DNA of 63,713 nucleotides, the filler included. It is 5 parts of 5 records of this genome, joined end to end, with 100 filler letters (N's around TTAATTAATTAA, not from the genome) between each part and the next. Parts side by side here need not be neighbours in the genome. Positions count along the whole stretch, not along the records: positions 1 to 10,422 come from SRR20825006_2466; 4 more parts are not named here. One strand, written 5' to 3'. A model generated the notes under the pieces. The model saw nothing but the letters and a program-made list of their open reading frames with translations. It did no database searches and was not told the origin of the DNA. Below, one piece after another: positions 1 through 9,075 of the stretch. Each line of letters starts with the position of its first letter. The first letter of the stretch is position 1. A program made the position numbers and the translations under genes.

Positions 1-48
1 AGCATTCTTGTATTTTTACTCGGACATTAACGACTTTTAATCAATAAA

Positions 49-630
49 ATGATGAATCCTAAAGTTGATTTCTTTTTTGAAAAAGATACACAGTGGCAAG
101 CCGCATACAAGAAATTGAGAACTATAGTATTGGATTGCGGACTAACAGAGGAGCTAAAATGGGGAGTTCCTTGCTATACATACAATGGAAGCAATGTAGT
201 TTTAATACACGGGTTTAAAGAGTATTGTGCGCTCTTGTTCCATAAAGGGGTATTGTTAAACGATGGACATGCTATTTTAATTCAGCAAACAGAAAATGTA
301 CAGTCGGCTCGGCAAATTCGTTTTACAAGTCTGCAAGAAATAGTAGACTTAGAACGGATTATAAAAACCTATATTTTTGAAGCTGTAGAAGTAGAAAAAG
401 CAGGGTTGAAAGTTGAATTAAAAAAGACTAAGGAGTATGAAGTTCCAGAAGAATTTCAGCAAAAGCTAAATGAAGATCCAGAATTAAAAACTGCTTTTGA
501 AGCCTTAACTCCAGGGAGGCAACGCGGGTATTTATTATATTTTTCTCAAGCCAAGCAGTCTAAAACTCGGGGGGCAAGAGTAGAGAAATATATTCCAAAA
601 ATTATGGAAGGACTAGGATTGAACGATTAA
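49..630 (+). CDS. YdeI/OmpD-associated family protein (DUF1801 + OmdA-like C-terminus)
   Basis: LTEELKWGVPCY N-terminal motif; C-terminal AFEALTPGRQRGYLLYFSQAKQSKTR motif. Confidence 0.9.
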   Translation: MMNPKVDFFFEKDTQWQAAYKKLRTIVLDCGLTEELKWGVPCYTYNGSNVVLIHGFKEYCALLFHKGVLLNDGHAILIQQTENVQSARQIRFTSLQEIVDLERIIKTYIFEAVEVEKAGLKVELKKTKEYEVPEEFQQKLNEDPELKTAFEALTPGRQRGYLLYFSQAKQSKTRGARVEKYIPKIMEGLGLND

Positions 631-714
631 TTCCTAAATGCTTGAATTAAAACTGTTCAAGGACTCTTTGTGGACTTATTTAATGAGAGTTTTGAGATAG
701 CAGCATTAACTAAT

Positions 715-1278
715 TCAGGGTTTTATAGTACTCAAAACTCTATTTAAACTCCGAGGGGTAATTCCTAAGTAATTAGCAATATCTTGTTTTGATATTTCGT
801 CTATAAGAGTAGGGAATTGATGGATTAATCGCAGTAAATTATCTTCTAACGTATGAGATTGATTGTAGGCATGTCTCACAGCCGTATAGGTGAGTTTTTT
901 ACTTAATGCTTTTAAAATATGCTTATTAAAAGTGATATCTTTTTCTAATAATTGGTCGAAATAAGAAGCTTCTATTTTATAGACTTCAACAGCGTTTATG
1001 GCTTCAATACAACAAAAACTAACCTCGCCATTAATGGCTTCTAATTCTCCGAAAATTTCTCCTTCGCCAAAAAACTCTTGGATAAAATCAACTCCATTAT
1101 CTTCTGTTAAATAACATTTTGTAATACCAGATTTTATAATATATACCGAGAAAACTCTTTTCTTTTGGTCTACTATCTTTTCTCCTGAAGAAAAGGACTG
1201 AGCTATAATAGTATCTTCCGATTCTTTTAGGAGTTTTTCTGTTATATACTGAAGGAGGTCGGCGTTTTTTCGTATCAT
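715..1278 (-). CDS. Crp/Fnr family transcriptional regulator
   Basis: cNMP-like beta-roll (VYIIKSG...GEIFGE) and C-terminal HTH DIANYLGITPRSLNR. Confidence 0.9.
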   Translation of the reverse strand: MIRKNADLLQYITEKLLKESEDTIIAQSFSSGEKIVDQKKRVFSVYIIKSGITKCYLTEDNGVDFIQEFFGEGEIFGELEAINGEVSFCCIEAINAVEVYKIEASYFDQLLEKDITFNKHILKALSKKLTYTAVRHAYNQSHTLEDNLLRLIHQFPTLIDEISKQDIANYLGITPRSLNRVLSTIKP

Positions 1279-1289
1279 TTTATCACTTC

Positions 1290-1301
1290 GGACAAATGTC
1301 C
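1290..1301. promoter_or_regulatory. Palindrome GGACA-AA-TGTCC, probable operator of the adjacent Crp/Fnr regulator
   Basis: Perfect 5-2-5 dyad in the short divergent gap between the regulator and the MFS gene. Confidence 0.55.
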
Positions 1302-1365
1302 TTTTTTGGTAGCATTACAATCTATTTCTTTGCAAATTAAAATTAAAAAAAGATATTCAATACGC

Positions 1366-2571
1366 ATGGGCTTCTTAAAAAATATCGCGATAAAATATAA
1401 TACACATCCTATTTATAATTTAAAATTTGCGATGGTATGTTCGAGTTCGTTATTGTTTTCTGCGAGTTACAATATGCTAATTCCCGAGCTTCCTGCGTAT
1501 TTAAGTTCTTTAGGAGGCGCAAAATACATAGGACTTATTATAGCCTTGTTTACATTAACAGCAGGAATTTCTAGACCTTTTAGCGGACGCATAACCGATA
1601 CGGTTGGACGTGTGCCAGTAATGGTTTTTGGAGCATTAGTATGTGTGCTTTGTGGAATGTTATATCCTGTTTTAAACACAGTTGTAGGTTTTTTGCTACT
1701 GCGACTCTTACATGGGTTTTCTACAGGTTTTAAACCTACTGCAACCTCAGCTTATGTTGCAGATATTACACCTCAACGCTCTTGGGGAGAGGCTATTGGG
1801 ATGCAAAGTTTGTTTTACAGTACAGGAATGGCTGTTGGTCCCGCAGTTGGAAGTTTTATTAAAATGAATTATACCTATAATACATTGTTTTACCTTTCTT
1901 CTGCATGTGCTTTTCTTTCGATGTTAATTATTTTAAACATGAAAGAAACCTTAGAACCCAAGAAAAAATTTACATGGAAATTATTAAAAATAACACGAAG
2001 AGATATTATAGCTATTGAAGTTTTACCAGCGGCTTTGGTAACATTTTTATGCTATGTTTCTTATGGGGTAATGCTTACGCTTATTCCAGATTGGACTACA
2101 AATTTAGGAATAGCAAATAAAGGATTATTCTTCATTGTATTTACTATCTCATCTTTAATTATCCGATTTATCGGAGGGAAAGCTTCCGATAAGTATGGGC
2201 GTACGGTGGTAATTACATTAGGATTAATTGTATTGGCTATTGCAGTTATTGTTATTGGAATGGCAACCTCCTATGTTTTATTTATTGTAGGTGCTATTCT
2301 ATATGGTATTGGAATGGGAGGCTTAACGCCGTCTTTGAATGCTTGGACTATAGATATGAGTAAAGCTGAAGCTAGAGGAAAGGCTATGGCAACTATGTAC
2401 ATAGCTTTAGAAGCAGGAATAGGTATTGGAGCGTTATTTTCTGGATGGTATTATCAAACAACAATTGAAAGAATCCCGAATGCATTTTATGCTTCATCAA
2501 TAATTGCTATAATTGGACTTGTTTATATGCTTAGAAAAATTTCAGTAACTAAAAATAACATACATAAATAA
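1366..2571 (+). CDS. MFS transporter
   Basis: About 12 hydrophobic segments; motif A twice (GRITDTVGR, GKASDKYGR); ATG 1366 preferred over the upstream TTG. Confidence 0.9.
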   Translation: MGFLKNIAIKYNTHPIYNLKFAMVCSSSLLFSASYNMLIPELPAYLSSLGGAKYIGLIIALFTLTAGISRPFSGRITDTVGRVPVMVFGALVCVLCGMLYPVLNTVVGFLLLRLLHGFSTGFKPTATSAYVADITPQRSWGEAIGMQSLFYSTGMAVGPAVGSFIKMNYTYNTLFYLSSACAFLSMLIILNMKETLEPKKKFTWKLLKITRRDIIAIEVLPAALVTFLCYVSYGVMLTLIPDWTTNLGIANKGLFFIVFTISSLIIRFIGGKASDKYGRTVVITLGLIVLAIAVIVIGMATSYVLFIVGAILYGIGMGGLTPSLNAWTIDMSKAEARGKAMATMYIALEAGIGIGALFSGWYYQTTIERIPNAFYASSIIAIIGLVYMLRKISVTKNNIHK

Positions 2572-2578
2572 AGAAAAA

Positions 2579-2603
2579 GCATGGAGAGAACTTTTCTCCA
2601 TGC
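2579..2603. terminator. Hairpin between convergent genes
   Basis: GCATGGAGA...TCTCCATGC inverted repeat with an A-run on its left. Confidence 0.65.
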
Positions 2604-2613
2604 CATTCTAACG

Positions 2614-3858
2614 CTAATCAACTAAGCGTTTTACAAACCAAAAGTCGTGTAAGTTTAAATTGACAGTTATAAGATGATAATTTTCTTTTACCAATATATT
2701 CTTAACAAGTCCTTTGGTTCCATAACTGTAGGAAATATTTAGGGTTGAATTATTTCTGTTGCTAATAGGTAAACCTAAACCACCAGTAATGCTGTAATTA
2801 CTTATTTTACTATTATTTATTTCTAAATATCCATCGTCGTAATTAAAACCTGCTCTGTAAGAAATCCGTTTAAAGTAACTTTTATTTCTAGCGCCATTGG
2901 TGTATTCTAATCCGATTCCGTATATATTTTGGTCGGTATATGTGCCAATATGGTCTGTTTGATTGGTATTGTCCCAAAAACTCTTCTTATAATCTCCATT
3001 AATAGTAAGCTGATTATTAAATAGGCGACTACTAAATCCAAGTCCGAATTGCATGGGAAGTTTAAAATCTGCGGCATCATCTTCCGCTTGGTCTTCAATA
3101 GTAATGCTATTATATTCTAAAGTTTTATAAGTAGAACGTTTTAGGTTTCCGTTTAAAGTAGTGGGAAGCTTTATGGTACTACCAATTGTAAGGTTTTTTA
3201 AAACGTCAATTTGTGTGCCAAAGCCTAATTGAACCCCAGAGTAAGCAGTTTCTTCTTCTAAAGAAAAAGAAGCACTACTAATACTAAAGTCTTCATTTTC
3301 CTGAATATTTCCGAACAATACAGAGGCGCTCATTCCTAAACTAATACGTGGAATAAGGGAATACCCAAAATTCCCAGTAAATTCATTTAAGCCTCCATTT
3401 CCAGAAATATTACTCTCAAAAGTTTCTGTAGAACCTTCAATATTGGTTTCTAAACCAATTAAAGAATAACCTACTTGACTATATGGAATAAGGGTTAATC
3501 CCATCCCCATTTTACTATTTATAGGAAAAGCTATCGCAATATTAGAAAAATTAAAACTACTGTTATTCTCAGAATTATTTTTATTAGCATAGGTGTTCAT
3601 TTCTGCTTTTCCTCCAACATCAAATAGAAAGCTATTTTGAGGTATAACCGAATAGGAGGCGGGGTTTAAATTATTGATATAGCCATTAGACTTCATGGCA
3701 ATTCCAGTAAACCCCATCCCATTTACTTTTCCAATACTACTTTGATTAATTACACCAAGCCCGTATAAGGAATAGGGGGAACTTGTTAAGCTTTCCGATT
3801 GTGCAGCTGCAGTAAGGGATAAAAAAGAGAGTATGAGTACGAGGTTAATCTTCATCAT
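2614..3858 (-). CDS. FadL/OmpP1-like outer-membrane beta-barrel (Bacteroidota SPYS-x-YGLG family, BamG-like)
   Basis: Signal peptide; SSPYSLYGLG; GMGFTGIA..NNLNPAS FadL-type N-terminus; amphipathic strands; WFVKR C-terminus. Confidence 0.75.
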   Translation of the reverse strand: MMKINLVLILSFLSLTAAAQSESLTSSPYSLYGLGVINQSSIGKVNGMGFTGIAMKSNGYINNLNPASYSVIPQNSFLFDVGGKAEMNTYANKNNSENNSSFNFSNIAIAFPINSKMGMGLTLIPYSQVGYSLIGLETNIEGSTETFESNISGNGGLNEFTGNFGYSLIPRISLGMSASVLFGNIQENEDFSISSASFSLEEETAYSGVQLGFGTQIDVLKNLTIGSTIKLPTTLNGNLKRSTYKTLEYNSITIEDQAEDDAADFKLPMQFGLGFSSRLFNNQLTINGDYKKSFWDNTNQTDHIGTYTDQNIYGIGLEYTNGARNKSYFKRISYRAGFNYDDGYLEINNSKISNYSITGGLGLPISNRNNSTLNISYSYGTKGLVKNILVKENYHLITVNLNLHDFWFVKRLVD

Positions 3859-5167
3859 AAACAGTATATATTAAGTTTAATTCAATTTTGTAACTAGTAT
3901 TGGTATTTCCATAAATTACCATTCTATCAACACTAGACTGGTAATTATTTGGAAGTAAAGCAAAGGCTTGGATATCGTCGGTCTGACTGTTTAAAAGTTC
4001 TTCAACATAGGTTCCAAAGGGAAGCGCATAATAAATATTATTAAACTCTTGATCTGTTTTATTTAGAATAGCTTGTACAGCGCTACCGTCGCTATAGGTT
4101 AGTTGCTGTGTAATGTTATTATTGTTGTCTATTGCATATACATTTAGCGTATCTCTAAGGGAGAGATTATCGTTATACGACTGTAATACTGGATTTATTT
4201 TTAACGTAGCATCAAGAATAGTTCCTGTTCCTTCAATATCAAAAAGAGATTTTATGGTAGGAAATTTAACTGTAGTAGCAACTCCAATTCCAGATTGAAT
4301 AAAAGATTTATTTTCTGAAAGATTACTAGAAAGTCCTTCTTCTTGATTAGTTAGTTGTTGGAGATATTCGTTAGAATTTTCTGTTGAAATCTGATTAAAA
4401 AATGAAACATAATCTGTTCCTTTATTTATAGGGATATCAATATAACTCTGAGAGGTGTATGTATCTTCTTCTACTGAATAATAGAGCCTCATATAGCAAG
4501 AGGTGGTTTCAGTAGAAAAACCAATTACTGCCCCATCGTCATTAATTCCAGGTTGTAATGTAATTCCTCTAAAATAATTTTTAAACTCATCGGTATTTGT
4601 AATCAGTTTTGTTTGTAGTTTGTCAAATATCTCTTTGCCTAGATCGTCATTGATTTTTATTTCTAAAGTATCAGCTTCCATTGGACGTGGGCTGTAGGTA
4701 AGCATTCCGATATCTTCTAAATCATATTCAATTTTACTAGTGTTATAAAAGGCATCTTCTTTAGGTTTTATAGCTTCACTAGCTCTTTTTATATGAATTT
4801 CGTTGTAAGAAATGGTGTCGTTATAATAATAATTATCGTAATGTAAGTACAAATTAATACTGTCGTAAGTAGCTTCACTATCTATAGTATAGCTATTGGG
4901 AAGCATTTCAAAAAAACTAGCTGTTTTTACATTCCCAAATTCGGGGTCGGTATATTTTCCTACTAAAATTCGGTTGCTATTGGAGGTAATAAGACTGTCA
5001 AATTTTATGGTAGCGGTTTCAATAGTAAGCGTATCAATTTCAATAACCCTAATCTGACTATTGGCAAAAGAGTTTCCCGCATTAAAGTCTGGGTCATAAC
5101 TACTGTCGTCTGTGCAGGAACACAGAAAAAATAAAGTTAGAATAGAAATGTAAATAGGTGTTCGCAT
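3845..5167 (-). CDS. DUF4270-type surface lipoprotein (BamH-like)
   Basis: Lipobox then acidic export signal (CSCTDDSS); ILVGKYTDPEFG and FKNYFRGI motifs; 14-nt overlap with the barrel gene. Confidence 0.75.
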   Translation of the reverse strand: MRTPIYISILTLFFLCSCTDDSSYDPDFNAGNSFANSQIRVIEIDTLTIETATIKFDSLITSNSNRILVGKYTDPEFGNVKTASFFEMLPNSYTIDSEATYDSINLYLHYDNYYYNDTISYNEIHIKRASEAIKPKEDAFYNTSKIEYDLEDIGMLTYSPRPMEADTLEIKINDDLGKEIFDKLQTKLITNTDEFKNYFRGITLQPGINDDGAVIGFSTETTSCYMRLYYSVEEDTYTSQSYIDIPINKGTDYVSFFNQISTENSNEYLQQLTNQEEGLSSNLSENKSFIQSGIGVATTVKFPTIKSLFDIEGTGTILDATLKINPVLQSYNDNLSLRDTLNVYAIDNNNNITQQLTYSDGSAVQAILNKTDQEFNNIYYALPFGTYVEELLNSQTDDIQAFALLPNNYQSSVDRMVIYGNTNTSYKIELNLIYTVYDED

Positions 5168-5383
5168 ATGTTTTTTTGGTAAATGTAACGGAGCTATGAG
5201 TCATGAAAAATCTTAATATATTATTCAGGGAATTTTGTATATCAACACTGTTAAGAAGCCGATTAATATTTTAAAAAGCACTGATAGATAAATTCATCCT
5301 ATTGGTATATTAAAATTGAGGGTTTATATATTCAATTTTTTTAGACTTTATCACTGCTTTAGTTTTACCTGAAAATTAAATCT

Positions 5384-6376
5384 ATGAAGCGTTTATACAG
5401 TTTAAAATTATTAGTACTATTAGCAGTAACCAGCACAACATTTACAGCTTGTTCGTCTGATGATGACGACGAAGAATTAGGGAATTGGATAGACCGTTCC
5501 ATTTTTGATGGTACTCCAAGAAGTGGATCGTCTGCCTTTACAATAGATAATATTGGATATATGGGCGTTGGTTATGACGGAGATGATTATCTAAATGATT
5601 TCTGGGCTTATGATATGGATGGAAATTACTGGTCGCAGAAAGCAGACTTTCCTGGGGTAGCAAGAAGTGCTGGGGTAGGATTTCAAATAGACGGAAAAGG
5701 ATATATAGGTTCTGGTTATGATGGACTAGACGAATTAGGAGATTTCTATCAATACAATCCAACTACAAATACATGGAATGCTATTGCAGATTTTCCAGGA
5801 ACACACAGACGTAGCGCTACAGCTTTTAGTGTAGATGGATACGGATATTTTGGAACAGGTTTCGATGGAGATAACGACCGTAAAGATTTTTGGAAATACG
5901 ATCCTTCAACCGATACTTGGGTAGAGCTTGAAGGGTATGGAGGAAATAAAAAGAGAGCTGCTACAGCTTTTGTTATTGATGGAATTGTATACCTAGGAAC
6001 CGGAGTTTCTAACGGGGTATATACAGACGACTTTTGGAAGTTTAATCCAGCTACAAATGAGTGGACAAAATTATTAGATTTAGATGAAGAAGATAGTTAC
6101 TCCGTTGTTAGAAGTAATGCCGTAAGTTTTACAATGAATGGTTATGGGTATGTAGTAAGCGGAGAACAAAATGGGGCAGTTGCAAGTGCTTGGCAATACA
6201 ATCCTCTAACAGATGTTTGGGAAGAAATGACAAGTTTTGAAGGTTCTTCTAGATTGGATGCTATTGGATTTTCAAATGGTACAAGAAGTTTTGTTGGATT
6301 AGGAAGAACGGGAAGTCTTTATTTAGACGATTTAGATGAGTTTTTTCCTGATATGGAATACGACGATGAAGATTAA
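5384..6376 (+). CDS. Kelch-repeat beta-propeller lipoprotein
   Basis: TAC-SSDDDDEE lipoprotein signal; six repeats of R..A.AF.IDG.GY.G.G...DFW.Y.P....W. Confidence 0.9.
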   Translation: MKRLYSLKLLVLLAVTSTTFTACSSDDDDEELGNWIDRSIFDGTPRSGSSAFTIDNIGYMGVGYDGDDYLNDFWAYDMDGNYWSQKADFPGVARSAGVGFQIDGKGYIGSGYDGLDELGDFYQYNPTTNTWNAIADFPGTHRRSATAFSVDGYGYFGTGFDGDNDRKDFWKYDPSTDTWVELEGYGGNKKRAATAFVIDGIVYLGTGVSNGVYTDDFWKFNPATNEWTKLLDLDEEDSYSVVRSNAVSFTMNGYGYVVSGEQNGAVASAWQYNPLTDVWEEMTSFEGSSRLDAIGFSNGTRSFVGLGRTGSLYLDDLDEFFPDMEYDDED

Positions 6377-6410
6377 AGTGAGAAAATTTCTTACTTGTTT
6401 GTTGAGTAGA

Positions 6411-6441
6411 TTAAGAGGTGCGCTGGATCCGCACCTCTTAA
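6411..6441. other. Strong intra-operonic hairpin (12-bp perfect stem)
   Basis: TTAAGAGGTGCG-ctggatc-CGCACCTCTTAA; no U-tract on the + strand. Confidence 0.7.
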
Positions 6442-6464
6442 AATAAATTTAAGAATTCTTTTAG

Positions 6465-6788
6465 ATGAGGTTAAATAAAACAAAAAGCTACTTGCTTATT
6501 ATCAGTTCTTTAGTATTATTATCCGCGTTTTGGATTTTTAAGAAGGACGAATTACTCTCCGCAAAGGTTATAAAAGTTAACAACGGATATGGTTATGAAG
6601 TATTATATAAAGAGAATGTTATAATAAAGCAAGAGTATATCCCAGCAATTAGTTATAGAAAAGTCTTTGTAAGTGAAGCAGATGCATGGAAGGTTGCTAC
6701 GTTAGTAAAATATAAATTGAAACAGAGAGAAAAGCCAATTATAGCAATAAAAGACTTAGATAGTTTAGATGTTAATATAAATAAATGA
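6465..6788 (+). CDS. DUF4907-type small membrane-anchored protein
   Basis: N-terminal hydrophobic helix; GYGYEV...IIKQEYIPAI...F.SE.DA.KVA.LV..KL motif. Confidence 0.75.
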   Translation: MRLNKTKSYLLIISSLVLLSAFWIFKKDELLSAKVIKVNNGYGYEVLYKENVIIKQEYIPAISYRKVFVSEADAWKVATLVKYKLKQREKPIIAIKDLDSLDVNINK

Positions 6789-7876
6789 AAGCTCCGAAGA
6801 AATTAGTTAATGAAGTTTTACTACACTTTTTAGTGTGGCTTTGTTGGTTTGGTGTTATGTTATTTCAGTCGTATAGCAGAACAGGTACTATAGATTTCAC
6901 CTCCAATTTATCGCCTAGATTTTTCATTAATATTGTACTTTTTTACTTTAACTATTACTATTTAGTGCCCAAGCTTTTATTGAAAAAAAAAATACTTCCA
7001 TATTTATTTATTTCCCTAGCAATTATAGTGGTAGTAAACTATATTATGGAGTTAACATTACCTCCTGATTTATTATTTCATCGGGAGGAAATTAAAGGAT
7101 TGCCTCGACCTGAAGATTTTGCAAGAAGATTTCCTAGAGACGATTGGTTTAAATTTAAAATGTTTATTGGCCCTGCAATAGGTGGCGCATTTTATTTTGT
7201 TGTGGGAACAATTATACGAGTATATATTGAATGGAATAAAAATGAACGTATTCGGGAAAAGACAGAAAATGAGAAGATTAATTCTGAACTTCAGTTTTTA
7301 AAAACGCAATTAAATCCTCACTTTTTGTTTAATTCTTTAAATGCAGTATATACGTTATCTATTAAAAAATCTCCAGATACTCCGGAGGCCATTATAAGTC
7401 TTTCAGAATTAATGCGCTACATGATTTATGAGGCAAATAAGGAGGTGGTTTACTTGGAAAAAGAGCTGGAATACATTAAAAGTTATATTCAACTTCAAAG
7501 ATTGAGATTGCCTAATGCAGAAGATGTTTATTTTAATATTTATGGCGATGATAAAGGGAAAACAATCAAACCTTTACTATTCATTTCATTTATTGAAAAT
7601 GCGTTTAAATACGGAACTGATTATACGGGAAATACATGGGTTAAAATAAATATTTCTATTCAGGAGGATAAGGTTCACTTGTTTGTAAAAAATAAAATAG
7701 GAATTATACAAAAATCCCCTGAAAGTTCGGGAATTGGATTGAAAAATATTCAGAATAGACTCAAATTATTATATCCTGAAACGCATAAACTAGACATAGA
7801 AAACGACGGGAATTACTATACCATAAATTTAACGATACTAAATATTCAAAGTGATGAGGTGTATAATAATAGATGA
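6785..7876 (+). CDS. LytS-type sensor histidine kinase
   Basis: ELQFLKTQLNPHFLFNSLN, FIENAFKYG, SGIGLKNI; three TM segments; ATGA overlap with the upstream gene. Confidence 0.95.
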   Translation: MKAPKKLVNEVLLHFLVWLCWFGVMLFQSYSRTGTIDFTSNLSPRFFINIVLFYFNYYYLVPKLLLKKKILPYLFISLAIIVVVNYIMELTLPPDLLFHREEIKGLPRPEDFARRFPRDDWFKFKMFIGPAIGGAFYFVVGTIIRVYIEWNKNERIREKTENEKINSELQFLKTQLNPHFLFNSLNAVYTLSIKKSPDTPEAIISLSELMRYMIYEANKEVVYLEKELEYIKSYIQLQRLRLPNAEDVYFNIYGDDKGKTIKPLLFISFIENAFKYGTDYTGNTWVKINISIQEDKVHLFVKNKIGIIQKSPESSGIGLKNIQNRLKLLYPETHKLDIENDGNYYTINLTILNIQSDEVYNNR

Positions 7877-8582
7877 TGAGCCATTGGCAATAGATTTAAT
7901 AAAAGAATATTGTAGCAAATTAGACTTTATTGATGTAGTAGGCATTTTTACTAATGCCTTAGACGCTATTGTTACCATTAAAGAGAAAAAAGTAGACTTG
8001 ATATTTTCGGATATTGAAATGCCACAAATTAATGGAATCGATTTTATTAATTCTCTAGACAATAAGCCGCTGTTTATTTTTACCACTGCCTATTCACAAT
8101 ATGCTGTTGAAGGTTTTGAACTTAATGCAGTAGATTATTTAGTAAAACCTATTCCATACCACAGGTTTATAAAAGCTGTTTCGAGAGCAAAAGAAATTAT
8201 TTCAAACAAAAATTCTACTATGATTACAAATGTATTTTCTTCCGCAGGAGAAAAAAAATTAGAAAACGATTATATTTTCATTAAAGCCGATTACGAAAAT
8301 GTGAAAGTTAATTTAGAAGAAATAAAATATATTCAAGGCCTGAAAGATTATTTAAAAGTTCATGTTGATGGGACTAATAAACCTATTCTAACCTTGATGA
8401 GTTTTAAGGAGCTCTTATCAAAACTTCCAGAAAAGAATTTTGTACGTATTCATAGATCGTTTGTAATTAATGTACCTTTTGTGAAAACGATTCAGAAAAA
8501 TAAAGTAGTTATTGATGATATACGGATTCCAATAGGAGAAAGCTATAAAGAGGAATTCTATAACCGATTAGGAATTAAATAA
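7854..8582 (+). CDS. LytTR-family response regulator
   Basis: Receiver (IIDDEPLA, DIEMP, FTTAY, YLVKP) plus LytTR domain FVRIHRSFVIN. Confidence 0.95.
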   Translation: MRCIIIDDEPLAIDLIKEYCSKLDFIDVVGIFTNALDAIVTIKEKKVDLIFSDIEMPQINGIDFINSLDNKPLFIFTTAYSQYAVEGFELNAVDYLVKPIPYHRFIKAVSRAKEIISNKNSTMITNVFSSAGEKKLENDYIFIKADYENVKVNLEEIKYIQGLKDYLKVHVDGTNKPILTLMSFKELLSKLPEKNFVRIHRSFVINVPFVKTIQKNKVVIDDIRIPIGESYKEEFYNRLGIK

Positions 8583-8591
8583 TAGCTAAAA

Positions 8592-8681
8592 ATGGATAGA
8601 AAGAAATTTTTAAAGTGAGGAGTACTAGGTCTTAGAACTCTTACTTTTCTTCTGGGAAGTTTATCTGCTTGCAGTGACTAA
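8592..8681 (+). pseudogene. Remnant 5' end of a Tat-like lipoprotein gene
   Basis: Reads MDRKKFLK*GVLGLRTLTFLLGSLSACSD*: Tat-like RKKFLK, hydrophobic core and lipobox LSAC, broken by TGA; starts 9 nt after the LytTR stop. Confidence 0.55.
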
Positions 8682-8735
8682 TGCTGAAAGAATTTTGAAT
8701 TAGTGATCTGAACTAATTTTTGAGTATTTTGACTT

Positions 8736-9037
8736 ATTAAAATATCTAAACAAAATATTAATCAAATTAAGAAGCTTTTTAAGCAATACAAGGTCAAAAC
8801 GTTTTTCGCTTCTGCCTCAGCGACTCGTAACGATTTTAAAGACGATTCTGATATTACTTTATTGTAGATTTTGAAGAAACGGACTCTTTTAAATACACGA
8901 ACTTATATTTTCAACTTAAAGAGAATTTAGAAAAATTATTTCAGCGACAAATTGATTTAATCGAAGAAAGAAATCCAAAGAATAATGGTAAAGCACTAGC
9001 CGCAATAACCTATAAGCAAACGGGCGGAAATCGCTAA
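8736..9037 (+). pseudogene. Decayed MNT (minimal nucleotidyltransferase, MntA-type antitoxin) gene
   Basis: IKISKQNINQIKKLFKQYKVKTFFASASATRNDFKDDSDI, then a frameshift to FIVDFEETDSFKYTNLYFQLKENLEKLFQRQIDLIEER; start lost, GS motif altered, DID motif frameshifted. Confidence 0.8.
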
Positions 9038-9075
9038 ACGAAATGATAGTACTTTTTATACAACCCCTCTTTAGT

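Noticed and set aside
3845-3862. Shared acidic C-terminus of the DUF4270 (YDED) and Kelch (YDDED) lipoproteins as a sorting motif
   Set aside because: In the DUF4270 gene these codons are dictated by overlap with ATGATGAAGATT of the next gene; two examples are not enough
5384-6376. Galactose oxidase or sialic acid mutarotase call for the Kelch protein
   Set aside because: Only propeller repeats are visible; no catalytic domain or ligands are recognisable
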